DNA of 64,000 nt from Candidatus Omnitrophota bacterium (GTDB lineage Bacteria; Omnitrophota; Gorgyraeia; Gygaellales; JBFMHM01): the NCBI GenBank assembly GCA_040753015.1, contig JBFMHM010000002.1, forward strand, positions 193,126-257,125, in the 5' to 3' direction. Numbering within the stretch: the stretch's first letter is position 1; each line of letters begins with the position of its first letter. Made by a program: the position numbers and the translations under genes. This document shows positions 50,987 through 60,300 of this stretch, piece by piece. The notes under the pieces were generated by a model. That model was not told the origin of the DNA. It worked only from the letters and a program-made list of their open reading frames with translations, and made no database searches.

Positions 50987-52112
50987 TAAATATTTCCTGC
51001 GTTTGGCTCTTTACAACCCTTGCGATAGCAATACTTGCTGTAAGCCCCGGAGATTCAATGCCTATTAAATTAATAAAACCATCTAACCCTCTATCCTTTT
51101 CATGCTTAATTATAAAATCACGAAAACCGTCATCCGGCCCCTGTAACTTTGGGCGAATACCACTGGTATCCTCTGTCAAATCACTATCTGAAATAAACGG
51201 CAGTAGATCATGGATTGACTCATAAAATAATTTCTTTTTTCTTAAGTTTAAAGAATAATCTAAAATATTCCCAGAAATATATTCTGCGTCCGGGCCAAGG
51301 CGCACTGAACCAGCTAAATCAGGTGTTGCATGTATACCAAGATCTCTTCCTTTTATATCAGGGACAGGATAGATAAGACGGTTAATCATCCTTGATTTTT
51401 GGCTAGATAACCTAAAGTATTGCCCTTTGCAAAACTTTAATTTATATGACTCTTCTCTAATCCCGGCCATCTCAGAAATTTTATCTGAATAAAGGCCGGA
51501 ACTATTAATAACCATTCTTGTTGATATTTTAATTTTTTCTTTATCGCTGTCATTTATCTCTAATACAAAATTATTTTTTTCTCTATTAATAGAGGTTACT
51601 TGTGCATTATAGACAAACTGTACTGAATTATATTTTGCTTTTGTCTCAAGATGCTTCATCAATGAATGCGTATCAACAATTCCCGTTGAACCAGAATATA
51701 TAGCAACATCGGCTTTCAGATTAGGTTCTAATTTAATAATTTCATTTTTATCAATAAGCTTAATATCCTCGACCCCGCAAGATAATGCATGCTTAAATAA
51801 CTTCTCAAGCCTCTCAATTTCGTTGCCATCCTTTGCGGCAATCAACTTTCCAATGCGCTTATGTGCTATCCCTCCTTCCCTACATAATTCATAAATAAGC
51901 TTATTACCCTCTAAACATGTAACAGATTTTAAACTGCCCTTAGGATAGTATATACCTGCATGAATTACTTCGCTATTTCTTGAGCTGGTTTCCTGCCCAA
52001 AAGAATTGTTCTTTTCAACTACATAGATATCTTTATTATGAGAAGAGATTTCATAAGCTATAGCCAAGCCAATAACACCTGCGCCAACAATTACTATATC
52101 TACATTCTCCAT
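50976..52112 (-). CDS. lhgO: FAD-dependent oxidoreductase, L-2-hydroxyglutarate oxidase/dehydrogenase (LhgO) family
   Basis: Dinucleotide fold IVIVGAGVIGLAIA. Throughout, it follows my recollection of E. coli LhgO (SEVIHAGIYYPKGSLK, CKGQYFRL, LIYPVPD, GIHATPDLAGSVRLGPDA). Confidence 0.75.
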   Translation of the reverse strand: MENVDIVIVGAGVIGLAIAYEISSHNKDIYVVEKNNSFGQETSSRNSEVIHAGIYYPKGSLKSVTCLEGNKLIYELCREGGIAHKRIGKLIAAKDGNEIERLEKLFKHALSCGVEDIKLIDKNEIIKLEPNLKADVAIYSGSTGIVDTHSLMKHLETKAKYNSVQFVYNAQVTSINREKNNFVLEINDSDKEKIKISTRMVINSSGLYSDKISEMAGIREESYKLKFCKGQYFRLSSQKSRMINRLIYPVPDIKGRDLGIHATPDLAGSVRLGPDAEYISGNILDYSLNLRKKKLFYESIHDLLPFISDSDLTEDTSGIRPKLQGPDDGFRDFIIKHEKDRGLDGFINLIGIESPGLTASIAIARVVKSQTQEIFNER

Positions 52113-52120
52113 TATAAAAA

Positions 52121-52438
52121 TTATCTAATCCGGCTGCTTATTTCAAGTAAAGTTTTAACAAGAAAAGTTTTTATAAATATTATTAAAAGAAAAGCGATTA
52201 TCGGTGAAATATCTATACCTATCCTAAAATTAAATGGAATCATTCTTCTGATAGGAGAAAGAATCGGCTCTGTGACTGCATTTAAAAACTGAACAATTGG
52301 GTTATAAGGATCAGGGCTGACCCAGCTAATTATAGCTCGTATTAAGATAAGCCAGTAGAGGATAGTCAAAACAATATCTAGAACATTGGCAAGAGCAATT
52401 AATAAATTAGATATTATAAACATATTTATATTATACAA
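52121..52438 (-). CDS. YggT family membrane protein
   Basis: 105 aa, 2 TM, YGGT repeat (LIRAIISWVSPDPYNPIVQFL). Confidence 0.7.
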   Translation of the reverse strand: MYNINMFIISNLLIALANVLDIVLTILYWLILIRAIISWVSPDPYNPIVQFLNAVTEPILSPIRRMIPFNFRIGIDISPIIAFLLIIFIKTFLVKTLLEISSRIR

Positions 52439-52465
52439 TTATTTTAAAACAGGTCAAAATATAAA

Positions 52466-53614
52466 TCAATTTAACTGCTGAAACTTATATTTAGGAATTA
52501 ATTTAAAAATTGGGTCGAAATTTTTAGGCTGCACAATAAAAAAAATTGGCTTCAGCAATAGATTAATAAAACTATTTAAGTGCCTGCCATAAATATACAA
52601 CGGTTTTAACCTGCCGGCAAGTTGTATTTTACCGTCATAACCAGTCTGCCCTGACTGATAGATACTCAAAGAATTTTTATAGCACCATTCAATATTTAAA
52701 AAGAAGCGGTTAAAAAACAAATGGTATTTATACAGATATTCATAATCAAGGCCTAAGAATTTATCAAGGAATACTCCATATTTAACAAAACAAAGGTTAA
52801 ATCCTACAATCTTACCGCCTATCTTGTAGATAAAGAATTTTACATCATCCTTCATATTTTCTTGTATTTTAATAAAAAAATCTTTGCTTAATTTTTCAAA
52901 ATGGATAGATGAGCGTTTAAATGTCTCTAGATACAATTCATAAATTCTTTCTAATTCATTATTATCAAGTGAATTCTTTACTTCAAGCTTTAATTCTGGC
53001 AAGTCCTTGAGTTTTTTAATCTTTCTTTTTAGATCATGGCGCTTACTAGAATTTAAGCTCTTAAAGAAATCATCTATAGACGCGCCGGCAAGCCTTTGAA
53101 TCACGCAAGGGTATGCGGCAACTCTGATAGCCCCATAATCCTTTAATATATCTAAATCTTTAAATTCTTCACCAAAATCTTTAAAACCAATTGATGAAGC
53201 ATTTATCTTTCTGGTAAAATTAACCATTTCTTTATAAATTAATTCTATAAGTTCCTGTTTTCTATGCAAAAAATTTTTATCAAAACCAATATAAGCATAA
53301 TCCAAAGCGGGCGAACCGCAAATCAAGGTCCTAAAACAAAAAAAATTATTAAAAACTAATCTTATTTTATTGATATAATTTTGGACATTTTCCGGAGCGA
53401 ACAAATCAAGTTTAAAATTGAGTAAAAACAAAGGCGCGATAGATATGATTTTTTGATTTTGTATAATAAGTAAGTAATAATATTTAAACGGCCCAATATC
53501 TGACTCTTCTAATGTCTTATAAAAACCTCTTGCCTCAACTTGACTCTCAAAAAGTTTGTCAAAAATATCAGAAGGAATTTCAGAAACTGAATTCACTATT
53601 TTTGCTATACACAT
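52466..53614 (-). CDS. FemAB-like / BioF2-like tandem-GNAT acyl(aminoacyl)transferase, paralog A (tentative)
   Basis: 382 aa soluble protein, paralogous to the divergent neighbour (about 30-35% identity by eye). The segment SLNSSKRHDLKRKIKKL...IYKIGGKIVGFNLCF resembles the Acetyltransf_6/FemAB-like domain start. Confidence 0.45.
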   Translation of the reverse strand: MCIAKIVNSVSEIPSDIFDKLFESQVEARGFYKTLEESDIGPFKYYYLLIIQNQKIISIAPLFLLNFKLDLFAPENVQNYINKIRLVFNNFFCFRTLICGSPALDYAYIGFDKNFLHRKQELIELIYKEMVNFTRKINASSIGFKDFGEEFKDLDILKDYGAIRVAAYPCVIQRLAGASIDDFFKSLNSSKRHDLKRKIKKLKDLPELKLEVKNSLDNNELERIYELYLETFKRSSIHFEKLSKDFFIKIQENMKDDVKFFIYKIGGKIVGFNLCFVKYGVFLDKFLGLDYEYLYKYHLFFNRFFLNIEWCYKNSLSIYQSGQTGYDGKIQLAGRLKPLYIYGRHLNSFINLLLKPIFFIVQPKNFDPIFKLIPKYKFQQLN

Positions 53615-53677
53615 AATAAAATGTATTTTAGCATAAAAAGCTATTAAATTAATTTATATTTGTTATAATACCAAGTT

Positions 53678-54814
53678 ATGCCGAATTTAAATATAAACAT
53701 AACAGAAAATATTAATGATATCAACCCCCATATTTGGCAGAAATTGTTTGGATCTCACCCATTAAGGCAATATGGATACTACAAAAGCATTGAACAAACC
53801 CAATCTAAAAAATTTAAATTTTATTATATAAATTTTTTAAAAAATAATGAGCTTATTGCCATCGCTCCTTGTTTTATAATGAATTTTCCCATAGATTTCT
53901 CTTTAGATAAAAAATATAAAAGGATTACTAATTTTATTTCAAAAATATTCTATTATTTAATAAATATCCGCACGGTTTTTATCGGTATGCCAATGTCTTG
54001 CCAATGCGATATAGCATTTAACCCAGAATTTCAAGACAAAAATATAGTCCTTCAAGAAATTATCCCGGCTATGAAGGCTATTGCCAAAAAAGAAAATGCC
54101 TGGATGATCGCATTTAAAGATTTTCCTCGCCAATATCAATCATTTTTAAAAAACCAAAATTTTATGGAAATTGAAACTTATCCAAATGCACGGCTGGATA
54201 TAAATTTTGATTCTTTTGAAGATTACCTAAAGACATTATCTTACGCAACAAGGTATGACTTGCGCAGAAAAATGAAAACCTATGCAGGCCTTAAACCATT
54301 AACCCTAGAGATAAAAAAAGACTGCTCTGAATGCATAGATAGAATTTACCAATTATATATAAATACGGTAAATAAAAATGAGCTACACTTTGATGTAGCT
54401 AAGAAAGATTATTTTTTAAATATTGCAAAGAATATGCCTGAAGAAATCATGTATTTTATCTGGAAGCTGGATGATAAAATTGTTGCTTTCAACCAGTGTT
54501 TCTATAAAAACGATATAATGGTTGGCGATTTTATTGGTTTTGATTATAATATAGTTTATAAGTATAATCTTTACTTTGTAATATTCAGAGATAAAATAGA
54601 ATGGTGCATTAAAAATAAAATTAAAGTCCTCGATGAAGGCACATTTACGCTAGAACTAAAAAAGCGGCTAAAATTTAAATTTTATAATAATTATTTTTAT
54701 ATGAAACCTAACTTTAAATTATTTGAACCGATAGCAAGAATAATTACGCCATTTTTCGCACCATCTGATCAGGATAAACAATTAAAAATATTAAAAAGAT
54801 TTAAAAAAATATGA
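53678..54814 (+). CDS. FemAB-like / BioF2-like tandem-GNAT acyl(aminoacyl)transferase, paralog B (tentative)
   Basis: 378 aa. Aligned blocks with paralog A: KFYYI..L.IAPCF.MNF, YDLRRKMK, IYQLYINT...HFD..KK.YF, KIVAFNQCF, IEWCIKN. Confidence 0.45.
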   Translation: MPNLNINITENINDINPHIWQKLFGSHPLRQYGYYKSIEQTQSKKFKFYYINFLKNNELIAIAPCFIMNFPIDFSLDKKYKRITNFISKIFYYLINIRTVFIGMPMSCQCDIAFNPEFQDKNIVLQEIIPAMKAIAKKENAWMIAFKDFPRQYQSFLKNQNFMEIETYPNARLDINFDSFEDYLKTLSYATRYDLRRKMKTYAGLKPLTLEIKKDCSECIDRIYQLYINTVNKNELHFDVAKKDYFLNIAKNMPEEIMYFIWKLDDKIVAFNQCFYKNDIMVGDFIGFDYNIVYKYNLYFVIFRDKIEWCIKNKIKVLDEGTFTLELKKRLKFKFYNNYFYMKPNFKLFEPIARIITPFFAPSDQDKQLKILKRFKKI

Positions 54815-55215
54815 ATCGTGCTAAACATCTAACGCTAAAAATATTTTCTTTAATCGTATTGACTGATTTAATAGAAAGCTCGTCACAGTTTTTCCTAAAA
54901 AAGGGTACAATTAATTTTCCGAGTATGAGCCTAAGCAATCTATCTGAATATATACTTTTTATAAAATCGATGATCAATTCCCATTTTATTTGGCTAGGAT
55001 TTTTAATGATAACTATAAACTTCTTTTTATGGATGGTAGTATTAAATAAGGTTGATTTAAGTGTGGCATTTCCTGCTGGAAGCGCATCATTTTTATTCGT
55101 GCCTATAGCTGCTATATTTTTCTTAGGAGAACATATTGGAATCCTACGTTGGCTGGGAATGATTTTAATTATTGGCGGTGTTATATTAATTTCAAAAAGC
55201 AGTTATGATAGTTAA
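54811..55215 (+). CDS. small 4-TM DMT/EamA-like membrane protein (ArnE-like flippase subunit candidate)
   Basis: 134 aa, four hydrophobic helices, LGE motif (FFLGEHIGILRWLG); overlaps the preceding gene by 4 nt (operon). Confidence 0.5.
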   Translation: MNRAKHLTLKIFSLIVLTDLIESSSQFFLKKGTINFPSMSLSNLSEYILFIKSMINSHFIWLGFLMITINFFLWMVVLNKVDLSVAFPAGSASFLFVPIAAIFFLGEHIGILRWLGMILIIGGVILISKSSYDS

Positions 55216-55582
55216 AATTTATATATTCATATTCTTATCTGCAATTGTCAGTGCATTCGCACAAGTATGTTTCAAAAATGTGGCTGATAGATTTGAGAAT
55301 GTCGGCATACATAATCAATTCCAATTCTATAAGCAGATATTGTTAAGAAAAACTACCTGGCTTGGATTTTTATTTGTATTTTTGGATATTTTTACCTGGA
55401 CAGTAGTATTAAATTTTACCGAGCTTAGTTTCGCCTTCCCTTTCTGCAGTTTGAATTATATAATCGTTTTAGGGACATCCAAATTTGTCCTAAAAGAAAA
55501 AGTTTCCTTAAAAAGGTTATTAGGCACGCTTCTAATTATGGCGGGAATTATCCTCGTCGGCCTAACCCACAACAGCCACTAA
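55205..55582 (+). CDS. small 4-TM DMT/EamA-like membrane protein (ArnF-like flippase subunit candidate)
   Basis: 125 aa, four helices; paired with the preceding ORF as in the ArnE/ArnF heterodimeric small-transporter arrangement. Confidence 0.5.
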   Translation: MIVKIYIFIFLSAIVSAFAQVCFKNVADRFENVGIHNQFQFYKQILLRKTTWLGFLFVFLDIFTWTVVLNFTELSFAFPFCSLNYIIVLGTSKFVLKEKVSLKRLLGTLLIMAGIILVGLTHNSH

Positions 55583-55631
55583 TTTTTTCGTTAGGCTAAA
55601 CTCATATTTCAACTATATGAAATTGTATACC

Positions 55632-56486
55632 TTATATCTTCTCTAAAATCACATTAAATCGTTCAAAGACTTTATCCAAGTTGAAACTCTCACCTATCCT
55701 AATAACTGGTATCAATTCTGTTTCCGTCTGTTTGCGAAGTAAATATAAAGTTTCTTGATCTAAGCCAAAGTTTTTGTTGTAATTACCATTATAATTCTCA
55801 TCTTCGAGTTTCTTCTTAAAAATACCAAGAAAATGCTTATCATTAAAATCAAACTTAGCCTCCGATATAAACCACAAATCATAGTAATCACGGATTGCCA
55901 CATCTCTTCTTGTAATTGCAGCTTTAAGCTTCTCTGCAACAGCCTCATTCAACGAAAGCGACAATATCTTATTTTGGGGTATCAAATTCTCGCCTGTAAA
56001 AGGATCTTTGTAAAAATGCGTAACTATATTATGCACGGGCTTATCAATAGGGGTTTGCCTAAGCGATATCTCTAATTTAATATTTTCGTCCTTGCCGGTA
56101 ATAAATGACGGATATGATATATAAAACACATATTGCGTAGAATTATTAAATCCCTTTCCCTGCGGTATTTCGCTTTTTAAATCTAATAGCTTCAACAATC
56201 CTGGCATCTTTTTCCTTATAGGCGTAATCGCACGGGACCGCTTAGAACGAATTTCAAGGCTATCTGGACTGTAGTATGTAAAATCGATATCCTCGCTTAA
56301 CCTATGATAGTTAAGATGGATCTTATTTAAAAGCGTACCGCCTTTAAAAACTATTTTTTCGCTCAGATGAGATTCAATAGAATTCAAAATAAGCGTCAAA
56401 TAATAATCCTTTTCAACCATCTCAAGCCGAAATTTATGTTTCTGCGCGATGACAGGAATTATTTGTTCTAGTCTTACTTTATCCAT
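55632..56486 (-). CDS. nucleotidyltransferase AbiEii/AbiGii toxin family protein (type IV TA toxin, DUF1814)
   Basis: N-terminal KDYYLTLIL...IVFKGGTLLNKIHLNYHRLSEDIDFTY, characteristic of AbiEii; 284 aa. Confidence 0.7.
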   Translation of the reverse strand: MDKVRLEQIIPVIAQKHKFRLEMVEKDYYLTLILNSIESHLSEKIVFKGGTLLNKIHLNYHRLSEDIDFTYYSPDSLEIRSKRSRAITPIRKKMPGLLKLLDLKSEIPQGKGFNNSTQYVFYISYPSFITGKDENIKLEISLRQTPIDKPVHNIVTHFYKDPFTGENLIPQNKILSLSLNEAVAEKLKAAITRRDVAIRDYYDLWFISEAKFDFNDKHFLGIFKKKLEDENYNGNYNKNFGLDQETLYLLRKQTETELIPVIRIGESFNLDKVFERFNVILEKI

Positions 56487-57252
56487 TAATAATTATTCTC
56501 CAGGTATTATTAATCTCGCCTTTATTTGACACACTATTATACAAAGGAGTATATCCTTTTTCTCCTACGTCAATCTTGCTCAATAACTTTTTATCAGCTC
56601 CTAGTTTTTCCAAGAAAAAACCCGCGCGCCTGCGAACCCTTAAGACGGGGTATTTAGTTAGATATTCAACGAATAACGATATATTAAGTTTAGTGAGCTG
56701 ATCTTTCAAAATGATAAAAGCTTTTCTTATATCATAAAATTCAAAAACATCTATCATCGCGCGTTCTTTTGTCGGAAAAACAACCTCCTCACTCTTTATT
56801 TTGCGTGTTTCCAAGCCAAAAAACCGGTTGGGCAATACCTTAATCAATTTATATCTAACGCCCAGAAATGTCTTACGTATTGAATACCTGTCATTAACTA
56901 CTTGAATCATCTGGGCAATTTGATCAGTAAAACCGTAGGAATTAAAAACAGTGGCGTAACCGATATAATAATTGGCTTTTCTTGCTAAAGCCTTCGCGAT
57001 TAAATATTCATTCCCTGCCCAAAGGCCACTAGGAGCCTTCATTGGAATAAAAAGATAGATGTTCTTAATAATTTTCTTTAATCTGCCTTTTTCTAACAGC
57101 TTCTTTATTAAGTATGCCGCCAGCTTTTTATTCTTACAAAAAAAGATAATTTCCTGCTTGGTATAAATCTCTTTTCCATAGAACTCTAACCGCGTTATTA
57201 GTTCCACTTCCTTGGTAGAAAGTGTCTTTTGTATCGTTATTTTTCTTTTCAC
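56479..57252 (-). CDS. AbiEi-like antitoxin / transcriptional regulator (type IV TA antitoxin)
   Basis: 257 aa immediately upstream of AbiEii and overlapping it by 8 nt. N-terminal winged-HTH-like segment (LSTKEVELITRLEFYGKEIYTKQEIIFFC). Confidence 0.55.
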   Translation of the reverse strand: MKRKITIQKTLSTKEVELITRLEFYGKEIYTKQEIIFFCKNKKLAAYLIKKLLEKGRLKKIIKNIYLFIPMKAPSGLWAGNEYLIAKALARKANYYIGYATVFNSYGFTDQIAQMIQVVNDRYSIRKTFLGVRYKLIKVLPNRFFGLETRKIKSEEVVFPTKERAMIDVFEFYDIRKAFIILKDQLTKLNISLFVEYLTKYPVLRVRRRAGFFLEKLGADKKLLSKIDVGEKGYTPLYNSVSNKGEINNTWRIIING

Positions 57253-57290
57253 ATTTAACCCCTTTGAGTGCTTTTTGATGAATAGAAGAT

Positions 57291-57319
57291 AATATACTCT
57301 GTTGTTACATCCTTGTCAA
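57291..57319 (-). promoter_or_regulatory. sigma70-like promoter for the abiEi-abiEii operon (TTGACA, 17-nt spacer, TATATT)
   Basis: Minus strand reads TTGACA (57314-57319) then 17 nt then TATATT (57291-57296); an AAAGGGG RBS lies 6 nt before the ATG at 57252. Confidence 0.35.
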
Positions 57320-57361
57320 TAAAAATCTATATCCATAAATAGAAAATGCAGATTAATATAA

Positions 57362-60300
57362 CTATGAAACGAGGGTAATTTGAATTAGTGATAAATCAAT
57401 GCCGCCGTGAGCGGCTTCTGTAGGGGCAGGCTCCTGTGTCCGCCCAGAAGGCCTAGGATATTGCATAGCTAATTCTCCTATATCTTCTATGGTTATATTT
57501 GGCGAAAGATTTGCGCTTTGGGTCAATGCCAAAGCCCGGTTAGCCAGCCAATGAAAACCTCTTACTCTATGATTAGGCAATAGTTGCGCAAGGCCTAAGC
57601 GCAAATCATCATCTAGCCCAATGCAATATAAGTCTTGCCCGCGTATTTGCGCAAATTCATGCCCAAACTCTGTTAATCTTTCGGAATCAATAATATTCGA
57701 TGAACCAGTAATACTTTTAGTTCTTTGGCTGTATCTTTGGTTTTCCGCATCATCATAAAATTCAAGATTTATTTGAGTTGTGTCTTGGCCTGCAAAACTA
57801 GCCCGCGCCTTATTCCATCGAGCCAAAACCCGAGGTATAATTACTTTGGCTAAACCCATTAAATTTAAACTAGTCTTATGCGGCAAAGTTACCTTTTCTG
57901 AAACAATACTGCCGTCAGGCAGGACAAATATTAATCTATTTAAACAGTAATGATAATTACTTCTACCAACACATCTATTTTTAAATTGCACTAATATTGA
58001 GTTTATAAAAGAGTGTATCCAAGGCTCAAAATTATCTTGGCTGCCTAAAGAACGAAAATCTAAAAGTAAGCTTATACCGTCTTCGTATTCTTCTTGATAC
58101 TCTTTGACGGCTGGTGGTTTATCCGGGCTTTGCCTGGCTGTTTTTTTCCAGTCAATGTCTCTTGGTGAATCGCCGTATTGATAGTGTCTTGACTGATGAT
58201 ATTCGCTGCCTCGGCCAGATCTTCTGCCGCTTTTGCCGCTGAGCCGTAAATGTCCATTTGTCACCGGAGGAATAACCTTTGTTCCTCTCGATAAACCTTG
58301 TTCTATTTTTTGCGCAAGGCTTAAGCTATCACCTACGCTTACCAAAGAACCAGATTGAGCGCGTTGTTGACTTTGGCTGTCAAAACTTTTAATTATCGCT
58401 TCAAGCCGGCTATAAGCTTGTTTTGGTGCAGTAATATCTCCACTGCTAATTTCTTCAACAAGGCTGCGAATTTGTTTATTCATTTTTTGCCTTTGACGAT
58501 GTTCTAACTTACTGCGCACAAGTAAAAGGCTAACTGCAGGAATTAAACTTAAAAGCCGTCTTGCTAATTTTGGGTTTGCTTCTTTGGGAGACTCTAAAGC
58601 AATTGCTCGTACGCAATCAAATATTACTCTTTCTCTGCCTTGTAACCGTTTACGCAAATTTTCAATACGGCCTTGCTCCTCGTTACTTAATTCTTTATTA
58701 GCCAACATTAATTCTGCAAGCAGCTTTCTTGCATTACCTAACTCACCGCCAAACCAAGGGTTATCCTGCCAAATTTTATTAATTACATCATTTGCGCTAG
58801 CACCCAAAATTAAATCTTTACGCCTTAGATAATCTGACATAAAACTTAAGGCAAAATGCAGCAAGCCAATAAGAAATAGTAAAAATAGGCCGTCTTGGTT
58901 TGCCTCTTTCCAAAATTCAACCCATAAAGAATCAATAGTTTTTTGGCCAGAAAATTCTGGCCCTAAAATTTCGTTTAGTTTATCATTAATTGCTTGCCAT
59001 TCTCTTAGGCTAGCCTCTTTATTTGCCGCTTCTACTGGACTAAGCGAACGAATTTTGCAAGCCTCTGCGTTTGCTTGTAAAAGCTTTATTGCTTTAAATA
59101 ATGTATCGGAGCGCGTATCAGCGCTTAACTCAACATCAAACGCAAAGCCGCTAGAACCCGTCCTTGTTTCTAAATATCTATGCAAACCCTGGAATATTCT
59201 CTCCAAATCACCTTGGCTTAAATTTGCATCAGGGCTGTCTAGGCCAACGACAAAAAGTTTTCTCTCTGCTTCTTTAAGCGCGTCTTCATATGGCCCAACA
59301 TTCCCAGTTTGAGGAACAAGTGAATTTAATTGCTCAATTGCTTTTCTTGCCTCTTGGTTATAATAATAGGCAGGATAAACACTTGTGGTTATACCAAACT
59401 TTTCTCTTTGGCTTGCCTCATAAACATCAAACATCTCTCGAATTTTTTCCTGGCCTAAACGATGTAAAATTGTTTTTGATCTTTCGCTATTTATAGTAAC
59501 TAGTTGAATTAAAATTTCAAGGCCTATCCTATGCTTACTAAAAAAATGTATCAAGTTTACTATTTCGTCATTTGTTAAAGCACCATTTACAGCATCTACA
59601 AAAAACTCAAGATTTCTATCAATTATCTCCACTGTGCGGTCAAAATCAAAATATTTTAAATTATCACTTTTAAGCATATCTTTTAAAATAAAAACGATAT
59701 AAGCGCTGCTTGCCTCGTCTTCTCCTAATTTCTCTTTTAAAATTTTATCAAGATTTTCCCATCTTAAATCAAAACGATCTTTCCTAATATCAGTTTCAAA
59801 GTTATCCACAACGCCATACCTACCTGCAACTGCCTGGCGAAAATTATGCCAGTGGCCCTCTCCTGCTACCATGCTCGTAGATTCGCCATTACTATGATAG
59901 CTAATACGTTCAATCCATTCCCTCTTTGCCTGATAGCTTTTTGCATCCATGTTCCCATTAAAACTATTATCGGCCAAAGGCCCAAAAAATCGATAACTTT
60001 GATTTGCTTGGCCTTCATTTTCAACAGTAGCCGCAATCCATTTATCTTTATTGAAAAATTTAAAAAATACTAATTTATTGCTCGCAAAAATAACAGCAAG
60101 ATTAGATACGCCTTCAAAAATAGATATGCCTAAATCATTAATACCGTTTTTATCAATTTTTAGAATTCTCATACTAGTATATGGTATTTGGACAACTTTA
60201 TTAGAAATACGTATTTCTTCTCCAACTATAGCAACTAACTTGCCTTGTTCAGTAGAAATTTGCACACTTTTATAACTATCGGTTGGCTCTTTAACAGATG

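Noticed and set aside
53615-53677. Divergent promoter calls in the 63-bp spacer between the two FemAB-like paralogs
   Set aside because: A TATAAT (53654-53659) exists, but -35 elements and RBSs are weak in this very AT-rich stretch, so it is too ambiguous to annotate as a promoter feature.
55760-56075. Two small overlapping ORFs (55760..55948 minus, 55833..56075 plus) inside abiEii
   Set aside because: Both are contained in the well-supported AbiEii frame and are low-complexity, hence spurious.
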